Positions 18,234 to 27,120 of a stretch of 64,000 bases of DNA are shown piece after piece. Made by a program: the position numbers and the translations under genes. The notes below the pieces were generated by a model, which was not told where the DNA came from, did no database searches, and saw only the letters and a program-made list of their open reading frames with translations. Origin of the DNA: an uncultured Acidobacteriota bacterium (GTDB lineage Bacteria > Acidobacteriota > CAIWXX01). Every line of letters starts with the position of its first letter. The stretch's first letter is position 1. The stretch covers positions 7,883-71,882 of the forward strand of contig CAIWXX010000085.1 in NCBI GenBank assembly GCA_903916735.1. Direction: 5' to 3'.

Positions 18234-20618
18234 ATGAAACGCCTCAACCTTCGCAAGACGCATGTTGCCATTGGATTAATAATTCTCAGCATCATGCTCC
18301 TCCTCTGGTTCAGCGTGAGGAAAAGAATCGTTTTGATCACACCTGCTCCGACGATTCTTTTCGAGGACGTCCAAGGGAGATTTATCGCTGAATTGAGCCA
18401 GGACTCACGTCGTAACGGCTACTGGCCCGTCCCTCATGAAATCCCAAGCAAGATCCTCGCAGCGACGCTCGCCGCAGAAGACAGCCGCTATTACGAACAC
18501 AGCGGCGTGGACGTTCGGGCCATTCTGCGAGCGCTCTGGCAAAACATCGCTCACTTACAAATCGTCTCGGGAGCGTCCACAATTCCCATGCAAGTGGCTC
18601 GAATTCAGCATCCCGCCGAAAGGACTATTTTTCACAAAATCACCGAAGCAATCACAGCCACAGCGCTGGTCCGTGTATATGGGCATAATGCCGTCATCCG
18701 ACAGTATCTCAGAATTGCACCGTATGGCTGCCAAAACCACGGCATCGTCTATGCGGCGCGGAAATATTTTGCAAAGCCGGTGGAGGATCTGACATGGGCC
18801 GAAGCATCTCTACTGGCCGCATTGCCGAAACTCCCGGGACGCATGAACCTCTATCGATTCGAAGGCTGGCATTTGGCGACGCAGCGGGCGATCTACGTCC
18901 TGAACCGGCTTCGGAAGATTGGGAAGATCACCGATGCGGAATACGATGAAGCCCTCTCGCATTTGCCGGCTCTGCGGCCGGTTCAGAAAGAGATACGCCC
19001 CTCGATCTGCCTCCACGCCATCCTGCAGATCGAGAAGAAAATGCGAGCCGCCCCAGCAGCCTGGAAGAAGCATGATCCCATCATCAGGACATCCATCGAT
19101 CTTGATCTCCAGAACGATATCTCCTCCGAAGCGGTCCTCGCGATGCAGGAGTTGCGCAGGGACGGGGCCGGCAATATCGCGGTCATCGTCGCCGAAAAGG
19201 AAACCGGCAATGTCATCGGATATTTGGGGTCCGAGGATTTTTGCGATGTGGATGCCAAAGGCGGCATCGACTATGCGCAGGTGCCACGATCTTCAGGAAG
19301 CATTTTGAAGCCCTTCATCTATGCGCTTGGGATGCAGGAACGAGGATTTACAGCGGCGACATTATTGACTGATATTGGGTTGCCTCTCGATGGATGCACT
19401 GGCGCATATGCATTTCATAATTACGACGATTCGTATCTCGGCCCCATCCTCTACCGCAATGCGCTCGCCAACAGCCGCAACATCCCTGCCATACAGGTTC
19501 TGCAGGCTGTCGGCATCGACGTCACATGTCGGCAGTTTTATGATCTGGGCCTCATCCATCAACGCATTGATCCGGCCTACTATGGCCTCGGCCTGGCCAT
19601 TGGGGGACTTTATGTGAAGCTGTTTGATCTTGTTCAAGCTTACGGCATTCTTGCGAATGATGGCACGCCCTTCAAGCTTCACTGGTATCCGGAGCGGGTG
19701 GCGCCGCCTTCGCACCACATCATCCCGGAAGACATTGCAAGGCAGATCAGCCTGTTCCTCTCGGATCCCATAGCCCGTCTTCCATCGTTCCCTCGTATGG
19801 GATCACTCGAATACCCGTTTCCTGTCGCCGTCAAAACGGGGACGTCGAAAGGATTTCGTGATGCGTGGTGCGTTGCATATTCGAAAAAATACATCGTCGG
19901 GGTTTGGGTTGGTCATCCGGATAATTACCCGATGAAGAGACGAGCCGGAGCGGACTCGGCTGCGAAACTGGTTCACCGAATCATGGAAAAATTGCACCCG
20001 GAAGAGATGAACGGCCTTTCAGATAACGCCTTTCCACCGCCTCGCGGATACATCGCGAAGCGAATCTGCATGCTTTCAGGGAAGCTCGCCACCGATAATA
20101 CTCAGCATACTGCCTACGAATGGTTCAGACCCGGCACTGAGCCGGTTCTGGAGAGCGATGTTTATCGTACAGTCAAGATCGATGCTCGAACCGGCAAACC
20201 GGCGGGGGATCGCTGCCCGGCGAGTGTCGTCAAATTGAAAACCTATGTGGTGCTCGATCCACGATTCGCAGACTGGGCGAAGCAATCCGGGCTTGAGCTT
20301 CCGCCCGTCGACGTCATCCGGACCGCTGGCGTGCCCAGGCTGCGTTCAGATCCTCGATTGGCGGTCAAAGAGCCGCCAAACGGAGTGAGATTATTGCGGG
20401 ATCCAGAGACTCCACCGGAATATTCAACAATTCCTTTGCAGGCACTGGTCGATCCTCCGGTTCCACAGGTCGTCTGGTATGTGGATGGAGAGCCATACGA
20501 AGTGGTCGACTATCCTTATTCAACCAGATGGAAAATGCTGCCCGGCCGGCATACTTTCCAGATCAAGCTTCCCTATGCGCGATTGGCGAGCGAAAAGGCC
20601 AGAATCATAGTGAAATGA
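18234..20618 (+). CDS. pbpC: Penicillin-binding protein 1C (bifunctional transglycosylase/transpeptidase)
   Basis: EDSRYYEHSGVD and SGASTIPMQVAR (GT51); SSGSILKP, SRN and KTGTS (transpeptidase); C-terminal WYVDGE beta domain typical of PBP1C. Confidence 0.85.
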   Translation: MKRLNLRKTHVAIGLIILSIMLLLWFSVRKRIVLITPAPTILFEDVQGRFIAELSQDSRRNGYWPVPHEIPSKILAATLAAEDSRYYEHSGVDVRAILRALWQNIAHLQIVSGASTIPMQVARIQHPAERTIFHKITEAITATALVRVYGHNAVIRQYLRIAPYGCQNHGIVYAARKYFAKPVEDLTWAEASLLAALPKLPGRMNLYRFEGWHLATQRAIYVLNRLRKIGKITDAEYDEALSHLPALRPVQKEIRPSICLHAILQIEKKMRAAPAAWKKHDPIIRTSIDLDLQNDISSEAVLAMQELRRDGAGNIAVIVAEKETGNVIGYLGSEDFCDVDAKGGIDYAQVPRSSGSILKPFIYALGMQERGFTAATLLTDIGLPLDGCTGAYAFHNYDDSYLGPILYRNALANSRNIPAIQVLQAVGIDVTCRQFYDLGLIHQRIDPAYYGLGLAIGGLYVKLFDLVQAYGILANDGTPFKLHWYPERVAPPSHHIIPEDIARQISLFLSDPIARLPSFPRMGSLEYPFPVAVKTGTSKGFRDAWCVAYSKKYIVGVWVGHPDNYPMKRRAGADSAAKLVHRIMEKLHPEEMNGLSDNAFPPPRGYIAKRICMLSGKLATDNTQHTAYEWFRPGTEPVLESDVYRTVKIDARTGKPAGDRCPASVVKLKTYVVLDPRFADWAKQSGLELPPVDVIRTAGVPRLRSDPRLAVKEPPNGVRLLRDPETPPEYSTIPLQALVDPPVPQVVWYVDGEPYEVVDYPYSTRWKMLPGRHTFQIKLPYARLASEKARIIVK

Positions 20619-20845
20619 CACGTTCCGGGTATTCAACTCCCTCGCCAATGTGCAGCGGAAATGATCACGACAACAATCTCTCACAGCATCCGGATGAAGA
20701 TGGCCTTGCGGCAATTGACCTTGTCATTCAATCGGGCTAGATTCCATGTTGATGATAGCCTTTGGAATTGAAAGACGCCGAATCGAATGTCGCACGAGCG
20801 GTCCCATTTTCTTCGATATCGCAGCCATCGAGTGGAATGATTGCC

Positions 20846-21019
20846 TTAGGCGCCTTAGCAGACGATTCTTACCAACATGTTGTCAGAGCCTCCAAAGCAC
20901 GAATCTAGACGCAGACCTAGATGTAAACGTGGACGAAGGGCACCGACCGACCACGTCTACAACCACGTGGTCTGCGAGCGCATCGAGCCCTTCAATCAAG
21001 GCGGAGCCATGGAATGAAC
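20846..21019. repeat. Hexamer-unit palindromic repeat, copy A (174 bp)
   Basis: Aligns end to end with 25765-25959 (TTAGGCGCCTTAGCA...GGCGGAGCC.TGGAATGAAC). The internal GTAGAC/GTCTAC-like units form an imperfect hairpin. Confidence 0.85.
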
Positions 21020-21020
21020 A

Positions 21021-21251
21021 TAGTATGTGATCGGTGAAATCTGTGTATAGAATGGCAAAAGTTGGGATAGGGCGGAATCGTGAATTCCTCTCAGGAAGCC
21101 GGGAAGAAAGGAATTCAGGAATGACTAATAACCCCACCGCTGGTCGATATAAAAATCCGTTCCTGCTTTCCTCTCTTCCTGCATTCCTGAGAGGTTCGGG
21201 TGCGATGGTTGTCAAAGCCGCCTTGTTTGGTTGCGGCTATGCCGCGTTAGG
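21021..21251 (+). repeat. Modular AGGAA/TTCCT hairpin element, copy 1 (left L1, core A, right R1)
   Basis: Arms CTCTCAGGAAGCCGGGAAGAAAGGAA and TTCCTGCTTTCCTCTCTTCCTGCATTCCTGAGAG; ends in TTGGTTGCGGCTATGCCGCGTTAGG. Confidence 0.85.
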
Positions 21252-21290
21252 TAACTGGGAACCAGCCACCAAGAACCTCTCGTGGAATTT

Positions 21291-22097
21291 ATGAATAAGA
21301 CCGCACTCGTCGTCCCATGCTATGACGAAGCACGAAGGCTCGATCAGGAGGCCTTTTCCGCGGCGGTCGTTGAGAAGAAGAATTTGCACATTCTCTTTGT
21401 CAACGACGGAAGCCGCGATGAAACGTCCAAGATCCTCAGAGACCTTTGTGCGCGCTACCCGGCACAATTGAGTCTTCTCGATTTAAAAACCAACACCGGC
21501 AAGGCAGAAGCTGTCCGTCGCGGGGTGTTGCTTGCATCGAAAAACAACCATACCTATATAGGCTATTGGGATGCCGATCTTGCCACACCCTTGAGCGCCG
21601 TCGCCGCATTCGAAAAAACGCTCGATGACAACCCTCACATCAACCTAGTCATGGGCGCACGCGTGAAGCTCCTCGGCCGGCGCATCGATCGGCGGGGTAT
21701 CCGGCATTATGCCGGTCGAGTGTTCGCCACATTTGCTTCCGCGGCCATCGGCCTGGCTGTTTATGATACTCAGTGCGGAGCGAAGCTGTTCAGATGGACA
21801 GAGAATGTGGAAGCGATTTTCAGCAGGCCGTTTCACGTGAACTGGACATTCGATGTCGAGATACTCGCCCGCCTCAAGATGCTTCACCAACTTAATGGCG
21901 GCCCGTCGGTCGAGGATTCCACCATCGAATATCCTCTTGAACAATGGGTTGATGTCGCCGGTTCCAAGGTAAGAGTCATCGATTTCGTGATCGGTGCCTG
22001 GGAAATCACGAAAATTTTCGGCATTCTCCACGCTCCCGGATTCGAAAATCGTGCGAAGGAGCTCACGCGTTCTCGGAAGAGCGACCTGGGGAGATGA
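21291..22097 (+). CDS. Glycosyltransferase family 2 (polyprenol-phosphate glycosyltransferase-like)
   Basis: VVPCYDE, FVNDGSRD, NTGKAEAVRRG, YWDADL, and DTQCGAKLF. Confidence 0.9.
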   Translation: MNKTALVVPCYDEARRLDQEAFSAAVVEKKNLHILFVNDGSRDETSKILRDLCARYPAQLSLLDLKTNTGKAEAVRRGVLLASKNNHTYIGYWDADLATPLSAVAAFEKTLDDNPHINLVMGARVKLLGRRIDRRGIRHYAGRVFATFASAAIGLAVYDTQCGAKLFRWTENVEAIFSRPFHVNWTFDVEILARLKMLHQLNGGPSVEDSTIEYPLEQWVDVAGSKVRVIDFVIGAWEITKIFGILHAPGFENRAKELTRSRKSDLGR

Positions 22098-22196
22098 GTG
22101 CGCATCGTATCGGGAACAGGCGCGGGGCCGCAAGGATGATGGGCACTGGAGAACTGATGCCTCCGAGGACTGAGGACTGATAGCGAGGAACAAAAA

Positions 22197-23039
22197 ATGG
22201 CAATACACCCGCTTCCCGAAAACCTTCCGACTGACGATCTACTTCAGCTCGCTCATCGAGGCGACAACGAGGCATTCAATGCGATCATACTGCCATGGCA
22301 GAAACCGCTTTTTGCGTTTCTCTACCGCATGGCGGCGCATAAGATGGATGCTGAGGATCTCATCCAGGAGACCCTCATCCGGGCTCTGGAAGAGCTCCGC
22401 CTGTCAGCAGGTCACGAACATGTGAAAATATGGCTCTTCGGCATCGCCGCTTGCACAGCTCTTGAGCATCTCGCCCATTGCCGGCGCTGGCGCTCAGATG
22501 CGCATCTCATTGCGGAGCAATCAGAGGACTCGGATCCGGTTGCACAGGAGCTCATTAGTGAAGCCATTGCTGCACCGGGGTTTGCTTTCGATATTCGGGA
22601 ACACATCGCGTTTTGCTTCACGTGCATCGGCCGATCACTTGCTCCGGCCGATGTCGCGTTGCTCCTGCTCCATGATATCTTCGATTTCACAGAGATTGGA
22701 TGCTCCGGCGCCTTGGGGATTGCCGAGGAATCGTTGCCCGGGCAATTGAAATCGGTGCGCGCCGACATGAATAACAGTTACAAGAGCTATTGCAAACTCG
22801 TGACTCCCGAAGGTCGTTGTAACCAATGCCGAGCTCTTCGCGAAGGAATCCCAAAAGCCTGGCGAGGCGAAGATCTGGAAAAAATCGAGGCGGACTCCAG
22901 TCAGGAATCATCTGATGGGACTCAGTTCAAAATGCTGCTTCGGATTGTCAGAGAAGCTGATTTGGAAAATGGCCGAAGCAGCCACTACCACAGTCTCCTG
23001 TTCGATGGGTTGAGCCATCAGGAAGATGCACATCCTTAA
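22197..23039 (+). CDS. ECF-type RNA polymerase sigma factor with Cys-containing C-terminal extension
   Basis: Region 2 reads AEDLIQETLIRAL...KIWLFGIA; a region-4-like segment LLLHDIFDF follows; C-terminus contains CKL...CNQC. Confidence 0.7.
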   Translation: MAIHPLPENLPTDDLLQLAHRGDNEAFNAIILPWQKPLFAFLYRMAAHKMDAEDLIQETLIRALEELRLSAGHEHVKIWLFGIAACTALEHLAHCRRWRSDAHLIAEQSEDSDPVAQELISEAIAAPGFAFDIREHIAFCFTCIGRSLAPADVALLLLHDIFDFTEIGCSGALGIAEESLPGQLKSVRADMNNSYKSYCKLVTPEGRCNQCRALREGIPKAWRGEDLEKIEADSSQESSDGTQFKMLLRIVREADLENGRSSHYHSLLFDGLSHQEDAHP

Positions 23040-23252
23040 CCTGGCCTAGCCAGAACCAAAGAAGGAGGTCGCACAAATCGCAAGTCCGGACTTCTCAGGA
23101 AGCAAGGAAGGGAGGAACGGATTTTGATATCGACCAGTAGTGGTTCCATAAACTATTCCTGAATTCCTTTCTTCCTGTCTTCCTGAGAGGAATTCACGAT
23201 TTTGCCCTGTCACAACTTTTGGCATTTTATGCACAGATTTCACCGGTAACAC
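23034..23252 (-). repeat. Modular hairpin element, copy 2 (L1, core A, R3), inverted relative to copy 1
   Basis: The reverse complement matches copy 1 (GTGAAATCTGTG...GTGAATTCCTCTCAGGAAG...CTGGTCGATAT.AAAATCCGTTCCT). Its end overlaps the sigma-factor TAA. Confidence 0.85.
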
Positions 23253-23543
23253 CCCAAAATGCTTCGATCTTCTCCAACATCTTGAAACCTCGGCGCAAAA
23301 TATTCGTCATTAATTTATTAAGGTTCGGTTCAACATGATTGTGAGTTTCAACGACAAGGACTGGAAGCCACACGATAAAAAACGAGGAGAACGATATCGA
23401 CGCCATCCAGACAACAGCCCGGATACAAGAAAGGACGATTCGAAAATGCATCCTCGGCACCGGCTTTAGACGTGGAGCCATCTCCTCTGCCTCTTCGGGG
23501 ATGCTGGATGTGGATCATCGACATCGCGCACATTCGGGCCGTA

Positions 23544-23552
23544 TGCTATAAT
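23544..23552 (+). promoter_or_regulatory. Extended -10 promoter element
   Basis: TGcTATAAT about 65 nt upstream of the ATG at 23616. Confidence 0.5.
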
Positions 23553-23615
23553 TTAAAATTGGATTAGTGGCGGCTTTATTGTGCTGATCAGACAGCGGCA
23601 TGAAAGGCGAGGCAT

Positions 23616-24128
23616 ATGTCGAGCTGGAGCATCTCATTCCCGACTTCAGGATCCGGGATGCCTGTGTCGATGGATGCGTCACGGACCAAGAGTCAGAGCG
23701 ACGCCAAGAATGCGCGCGAAGTCGAGGATCTGAAAACAAAGGACGCCAAGGTCCGGGCGCACGAACAGGCTCATGTGGCAGCGGCGGGTCCATATGCAAA
23801 GGGCTCTCCTCATTACGAGTACGTCACGGGGCCTGATGGGAAGAGATATGCAGTGGGCGGTGAAGTCGAGATCGACACCTCGCCGATTCCAAATGACCCC
23901 GACGCAACTGTCAGGAAAGCAGAGACGGTCAAGCGAGCGGCGCTGGCCCCAGCCGACCCTTCCGCTCAGGATCGTCGCGTTGCCGCCGAAGCAGATCAGA
24001 TGGAACGTCAAGCCCAGACGGAAAAGAGCCAGGAGCAGGTACAACAAGCAGTCGCTCAGACCTATGACGGGAATGGCCTCAAGGCATCCTCCAAACCTCA
24101 GCCGTTTGCTTTCGATTTTTCCGTCTAA
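23616..24128 (+). CDS. SprA-related family protein (putative metalloprotease CJM1_0395-like)
   Basis: [32 protein letters not shown], and [20 protein letters not shown] match the family pattern. Confidence 0.8.
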   Translation: MSSWSISFPTSGSGMPVSMDASRTKSQSDAKNAREVEDLKTKDAKVRAHEQAHVAAAGPYAKGSPHYEYVTGPDGKRYAVGGEVEIDTSPIPNDPDATVRKAETVKRAALAPADPSAQDRRVAAEADQMERQAQTEKSQEQVQQAVAQTYDGNGLKASSKPQPFAFDFSV

Positions 24129-24153
24129 TCGTGCCGGGGATGAGGAGCTTGTA

Positions 24154-24597
24154 ATGGAAAATGTGATCGTCTTCGAGGACAGGTTGACGCGGGCTGTCGC
24201 AATCAGGTGCGATTTGTTGCACAAGCTGTATCCGGGCGAATCATTCGAACCGTTGCGTCACTTGCCGGATCTTTATCGATTCTTCTGGCATCTCGCCTTC
24301 GATATGGAAATCATACCTGCTGTTCGGCATTATGCAGCAAGCCTCGCGTTCTATATCTTCTCCACCCTCGACTATGTTTCCGAAGACACTCCGGTCGCGA
24401 CGGGATATCTGGATGATCTGGCTGTGAGCATCCGAGGATTTCGCAGCATTGAAGCCGAGCTGGGGCCGGCGAAAATCGCCGAGCATTGGAAGTCGATCGA
24501 GTCCCTGGCGCTTCTCATCCCGCGGACTGAGGAGCTCTTTTCACGCCATCTTCCCGATCGCGTCGAAATAAAAATATCGCTCTATCTGCAGAGATAG
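24154..24597 (+). CDS. DUF1232/YkvA-like protein
   Basis: YIFSTLDYVSED...GYLDDLAV resembles the Y..SP.D..PD..G.LDD motif; GAGGAG precedes the ATG at 24154. Confidence 0.65.
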   Translation: MENVIVFEDRLTRAVAIRCDLLHKLYPGESFEPLRHLPDLYRFFWHLAFDMEIIPAVRHYAASLAFYIFSTLDYVSEDTPVATGYLDDLAVSIRGFRSIEAELGPAKIAEHWKSIESLALLIPRTEELFSRHLPDRVEIKISLYLQR

Positions 24598-24662
24598 TAT
24601 CGAGCGGAGTCACGCTCCATCTGCGAGTCCCGACGGAGAGAGGCCGGCCTTCGCGATCATCC

Positions 24663-25080
24663 TCAATTCACATGCAATCGCACAACTCCGATCACGATGG
24701 TCGCAATCGTGAGAATGGATCCCGTTTTGACGTACTCCCAAAATGTGATTTCGACTCCTTCACGATGCACACGCTGAACGACGATCAAGTTCGCAATGGA
24801 TCCGAGTATGATGAGATTGTCGGCGGGTGTTGATGACATGGCGAGCACAAGCCAGCCGCGCTGCGGATCAGCGAGATGAGACATCAAGGGTTTGAAAACA
24901 GGAACAGCAGGGACGTTGCTGACAAGATTTGAGAGAAGAGAGGCGACGACGCTCATCACGCTCATATTGTCCAATCCAAATCGATAGTCGATATTATCTA
25001 CATTTGTAGTAAAAACTGACTTCTCAACCCCGGCAATGACAATGAAGAGACCGATGAAGAGCACTCTTTCAAAAACATTT
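24663..25080 (-). pseudogene. C-terminal fragment of an ArsB/NhaD/YbiR-type anion transporter
   Basis: LFIGLFIVIAGVE, SNLVSNVPAV, and AMSSTPADNL...GSIANLIV (usually SSTLAGNL). The N-terminal two thirds are missing. Confidence 0.7.
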
Positions 25081-25141
25081 GAAGAAGCGGCCGGAAACAG
25101 GTATGGTGAGAGGCTATGAAACAGAAGCAGAGCAGGGCGAT

Positions 25142-25681
25142 ATGAATTTTGTAGAGACTGCACTCAGAGGGGCCTTCCTGATTGATCCGGTGCTATTCGA
25201 GGATGAAAGAGGGTATTTCGCGACATCTTTCTGCCGGAGGGAGTTCGAGGCGCATGGGCTCACCCCGAACCTCGCTCAGATCAACATCTCCTACAATAAA
25301 AAAAAAGGGACTTTGCGCGGGATGCACTTTCAGAAAACCCCTCATCCGCAAGCCAAACTCGTGCGATGCACAATCGGCGCGGTTTATGACGTCATCCTCG
25401 ACCTGCGCCCTGGATCGCCGACTTTCATGAAATGGACGGCAGCGACGTTGACATCACAGAATCGCAGAATGTTGTATGTCCCTGATGGGTTCGCACATGG
25501 ATTTCAGACCGTGGAAGACTGTACAGAAGTTGTCTACAACGTATCGGATTTTTATGCTCCCGAGCTGGCGGATGGTGTGAGATGGGACGACCCGGCCTTC
25601 GGGATCCAATGGCCGGCCATCGAGGAACGCATCATGATCGCTCGCGATCTTCAATATCCGGATTTCCATCCACCGACCTGA
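25142..25681 (+). CDS. rfbC: dTDP-4-dehydrorhamnose 3,5-epimerase
   Basis: DERGYF, GTLRGMHFQ, QAKLVRC, DLRPGSPTF, GFAHGFQT, and GVRWDDPAFGIQWP. Confidence 0.93.
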   Translation: MNFVETALRGAFLIDPVLFEDERGYFATSFCRREFEAHGLTPNLAQINISYNKKKGTLRGMHFQKTPHPQAKLVRCTIGAVYDVILDLRPGSPTFMKWTAATLTSQNRRMLYVPDGFAHGFQTVEDCTEVVYNVSDFYAPELADGVRWDDPAFGIQWPAIEERIMIARDLQYPDFHPPT

Positions 25682-25714
25682 GGTGCTCGCTATATCGTAG
25701 CCACCGGATTTAGG

Positions 25715-25752
25715 ACAGATCGGATGCGGGGTATCTGAGTTCATCTGCGGTT
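25715..25752. repeat. Relic of an ATCTG(T/A)GTTCATCTG(T/C)GGTT-type palindromic repeat
   Basis: ATCTGAGTTCATCTGCGGTT at 25733-25752 resembles the motif at 43270-43299. Confidence 0.5.
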
Positions 25753-25764
25753 CCCTTCGGTGCG

Positions 25765-25959
25765 TTAGGCGCCTTAGCACGCGATCCTTACCAACAGCTT
25801 GTTAGAGCCTCCAGAGCACGTATCGTAGGCGTAGTCGTAAAGGCGTAAAGGTGGACGAAGGGCACCGAACGACTACGTCTACGTCCGCGTCTACGATTAC
25901 GACCACGTGGTCTGCGAGCTCATCGAGCCCTTCATTCAAGGCGGAGCCGTGGAATGAAC
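25765..25959. repeat. Hexamer-unit palindromic repeat, copy B (195 bp), direct repeat of copy A
   Basis: Same ends as 20846-21019 and 21 bp longer, from internal gains of about 18 and 3 bp. Confidence 0.85.
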
Positions 25960-26011
25960 CTGGATTCTTCGTGTGCGGTTTTTCTGACATATAGCTATTT
26001 CAGGGCTGATA

Positions 26012-26040
26012 TTGAACTTCTGAGAAGCCCTTGATAGAGT
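26012..26040 (+). promoter_or_regulatory. Sigma70-like promoter for mtnA-tsaD
   Basis: TTGAAC-N17-TAGAGT, 33 nt upstream of the GTG start. Confidence 0.5.
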
Positions 26041-26073
26041 GGATGTTTCAATCCTCTAAAAAGGAGAGACATA

Positions 26074-27120
26074 GTGCTTCCGGCGATTGAATGGAGAAAC
26101 GGTACCGTTGTCATGGTGGATCAGCGTCGGCTGCCGACAGTCGAAGAATATTTCCACGCACACAGCTATGAAGACGTCGCAACGGCAATTGAGACGATGG
26201 TGATTCGCGGCGCACCCGCAATCGGCGTCGCCGCCGCCATGGGAGTGGCGCTCGGGGTTTCATCCCTTGATGAAAAATTGAGTGGCGATCAACTACGGGC
26301 TGAATACGAAAAAATTCACTCCCGGCTTCAACGCACCCGGCCCACTGCCGTTAATCTCTTCTGGGCACTCGCGCGCATGCGCACGGTTTTTGAAAAGTAT
26401 CTGGGGAATCCCGATCTCCGCCGCCGTCTCGTCGAAGAAGCGCTATCGATCGAACGCGAGGACATCGATATGTGCCGGCGCATCGGGCAATATGGCCGTG
26501 AATTAATCCAGAAAGGCGCCTGCATATTGACCCATTGCAACGCAGGCGGCCTGGCCACGGCAGGCTACGGCACGGCGCTCGGCGTTATTCGAGCCGCGTT
26601 CGAGGCCGATTCATCAGTGACTGTTTTTGCCGATGAAACGCGCCCTTTCCTGCAAGGCGCACGTCTCACGGCCTGGGAGTTGATGAAGGATCATATTCCG
26701 GTCACTCTCATCACCGACAACATGGCCGGATTCATGATGAATCGCGGCGCCATCAATTACGTGATTGTCGGGGCCGATCGGATTGCTGCCAATGGGGATA
26801 CAGCGAATAAGATCGGCACTTATTCGGTCGCGGTTCTTGCCCGCGAAAACGGTATCCCGTTTTATGTTGCTGCTCCGGTTTCGACATTCGATCTGAGTCT
26901 GGTGAGCGGGGAGCAGATCCCGATTGAAGAACGATCACCGGATGAAGTGACCAATATACAAGGGGTGCGAATCGCCCCTCAGAACGTGGTTGTCCGCAAT
27001 CCGGCTTTTGATGTGACGCCGGCACGATTTGTGACGGCCTTTATAACAGATCGCGGCATTCTCAAGGCTCCTTACACGGAAACCCTGCGGCTGATGCGTG
27101 ATGCTGGTTCTGGGGATTGA
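26074..27120 (+). CDS. mtnA: S-methyl-5-thioribose-1-phosphate isomerase
   Basis: [50 protein letters not shown], and [18 protein letters not shown]. Confidence 0.95.
   Translation: MLPAIEWRNGTVVMVDQRRLPTVEEYFHAHSYEDVATAIETMVIRGAPAIGVAAAMGVALGVSSLDEKLSGDQLRAEYEKIHSRLQRTRPTAVNLFWALARMRTVFEKYLGNPDLRRRLVEEALSIEREDIDMCRRIGQYGRELIQKGACILTHCNAGGLATAGYGTALGVIRAAFEADSSVTVFADETRPFLQGARLTAWELMKDHIPVTLITDNMAGFMMNRGAINYVIVGADRIAANGDTANKIGTYSVAVLARENGIPFYVAAPVSTFDLSLVSGEQIPIEERSPDEVTNIQGVRIAPQNVVVRNPAFDVTPARFVTAFITDRGILKAPYTETLRLMRDAGSGD

Noticed and set aside
23227-23481. 84-aa minus-strand ORF with a hydrophobic stretch
   Set aside because: Its 3' end runs into hairpin copy 2 and it has no family motif. 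It cannot be distinguished from a chance ORF.
20846-25959. CRISPR array interpretation of the repeats
   Set aside because: There are no regularly spaced 25-45 bp repeats with unique spacers and no cas genes.
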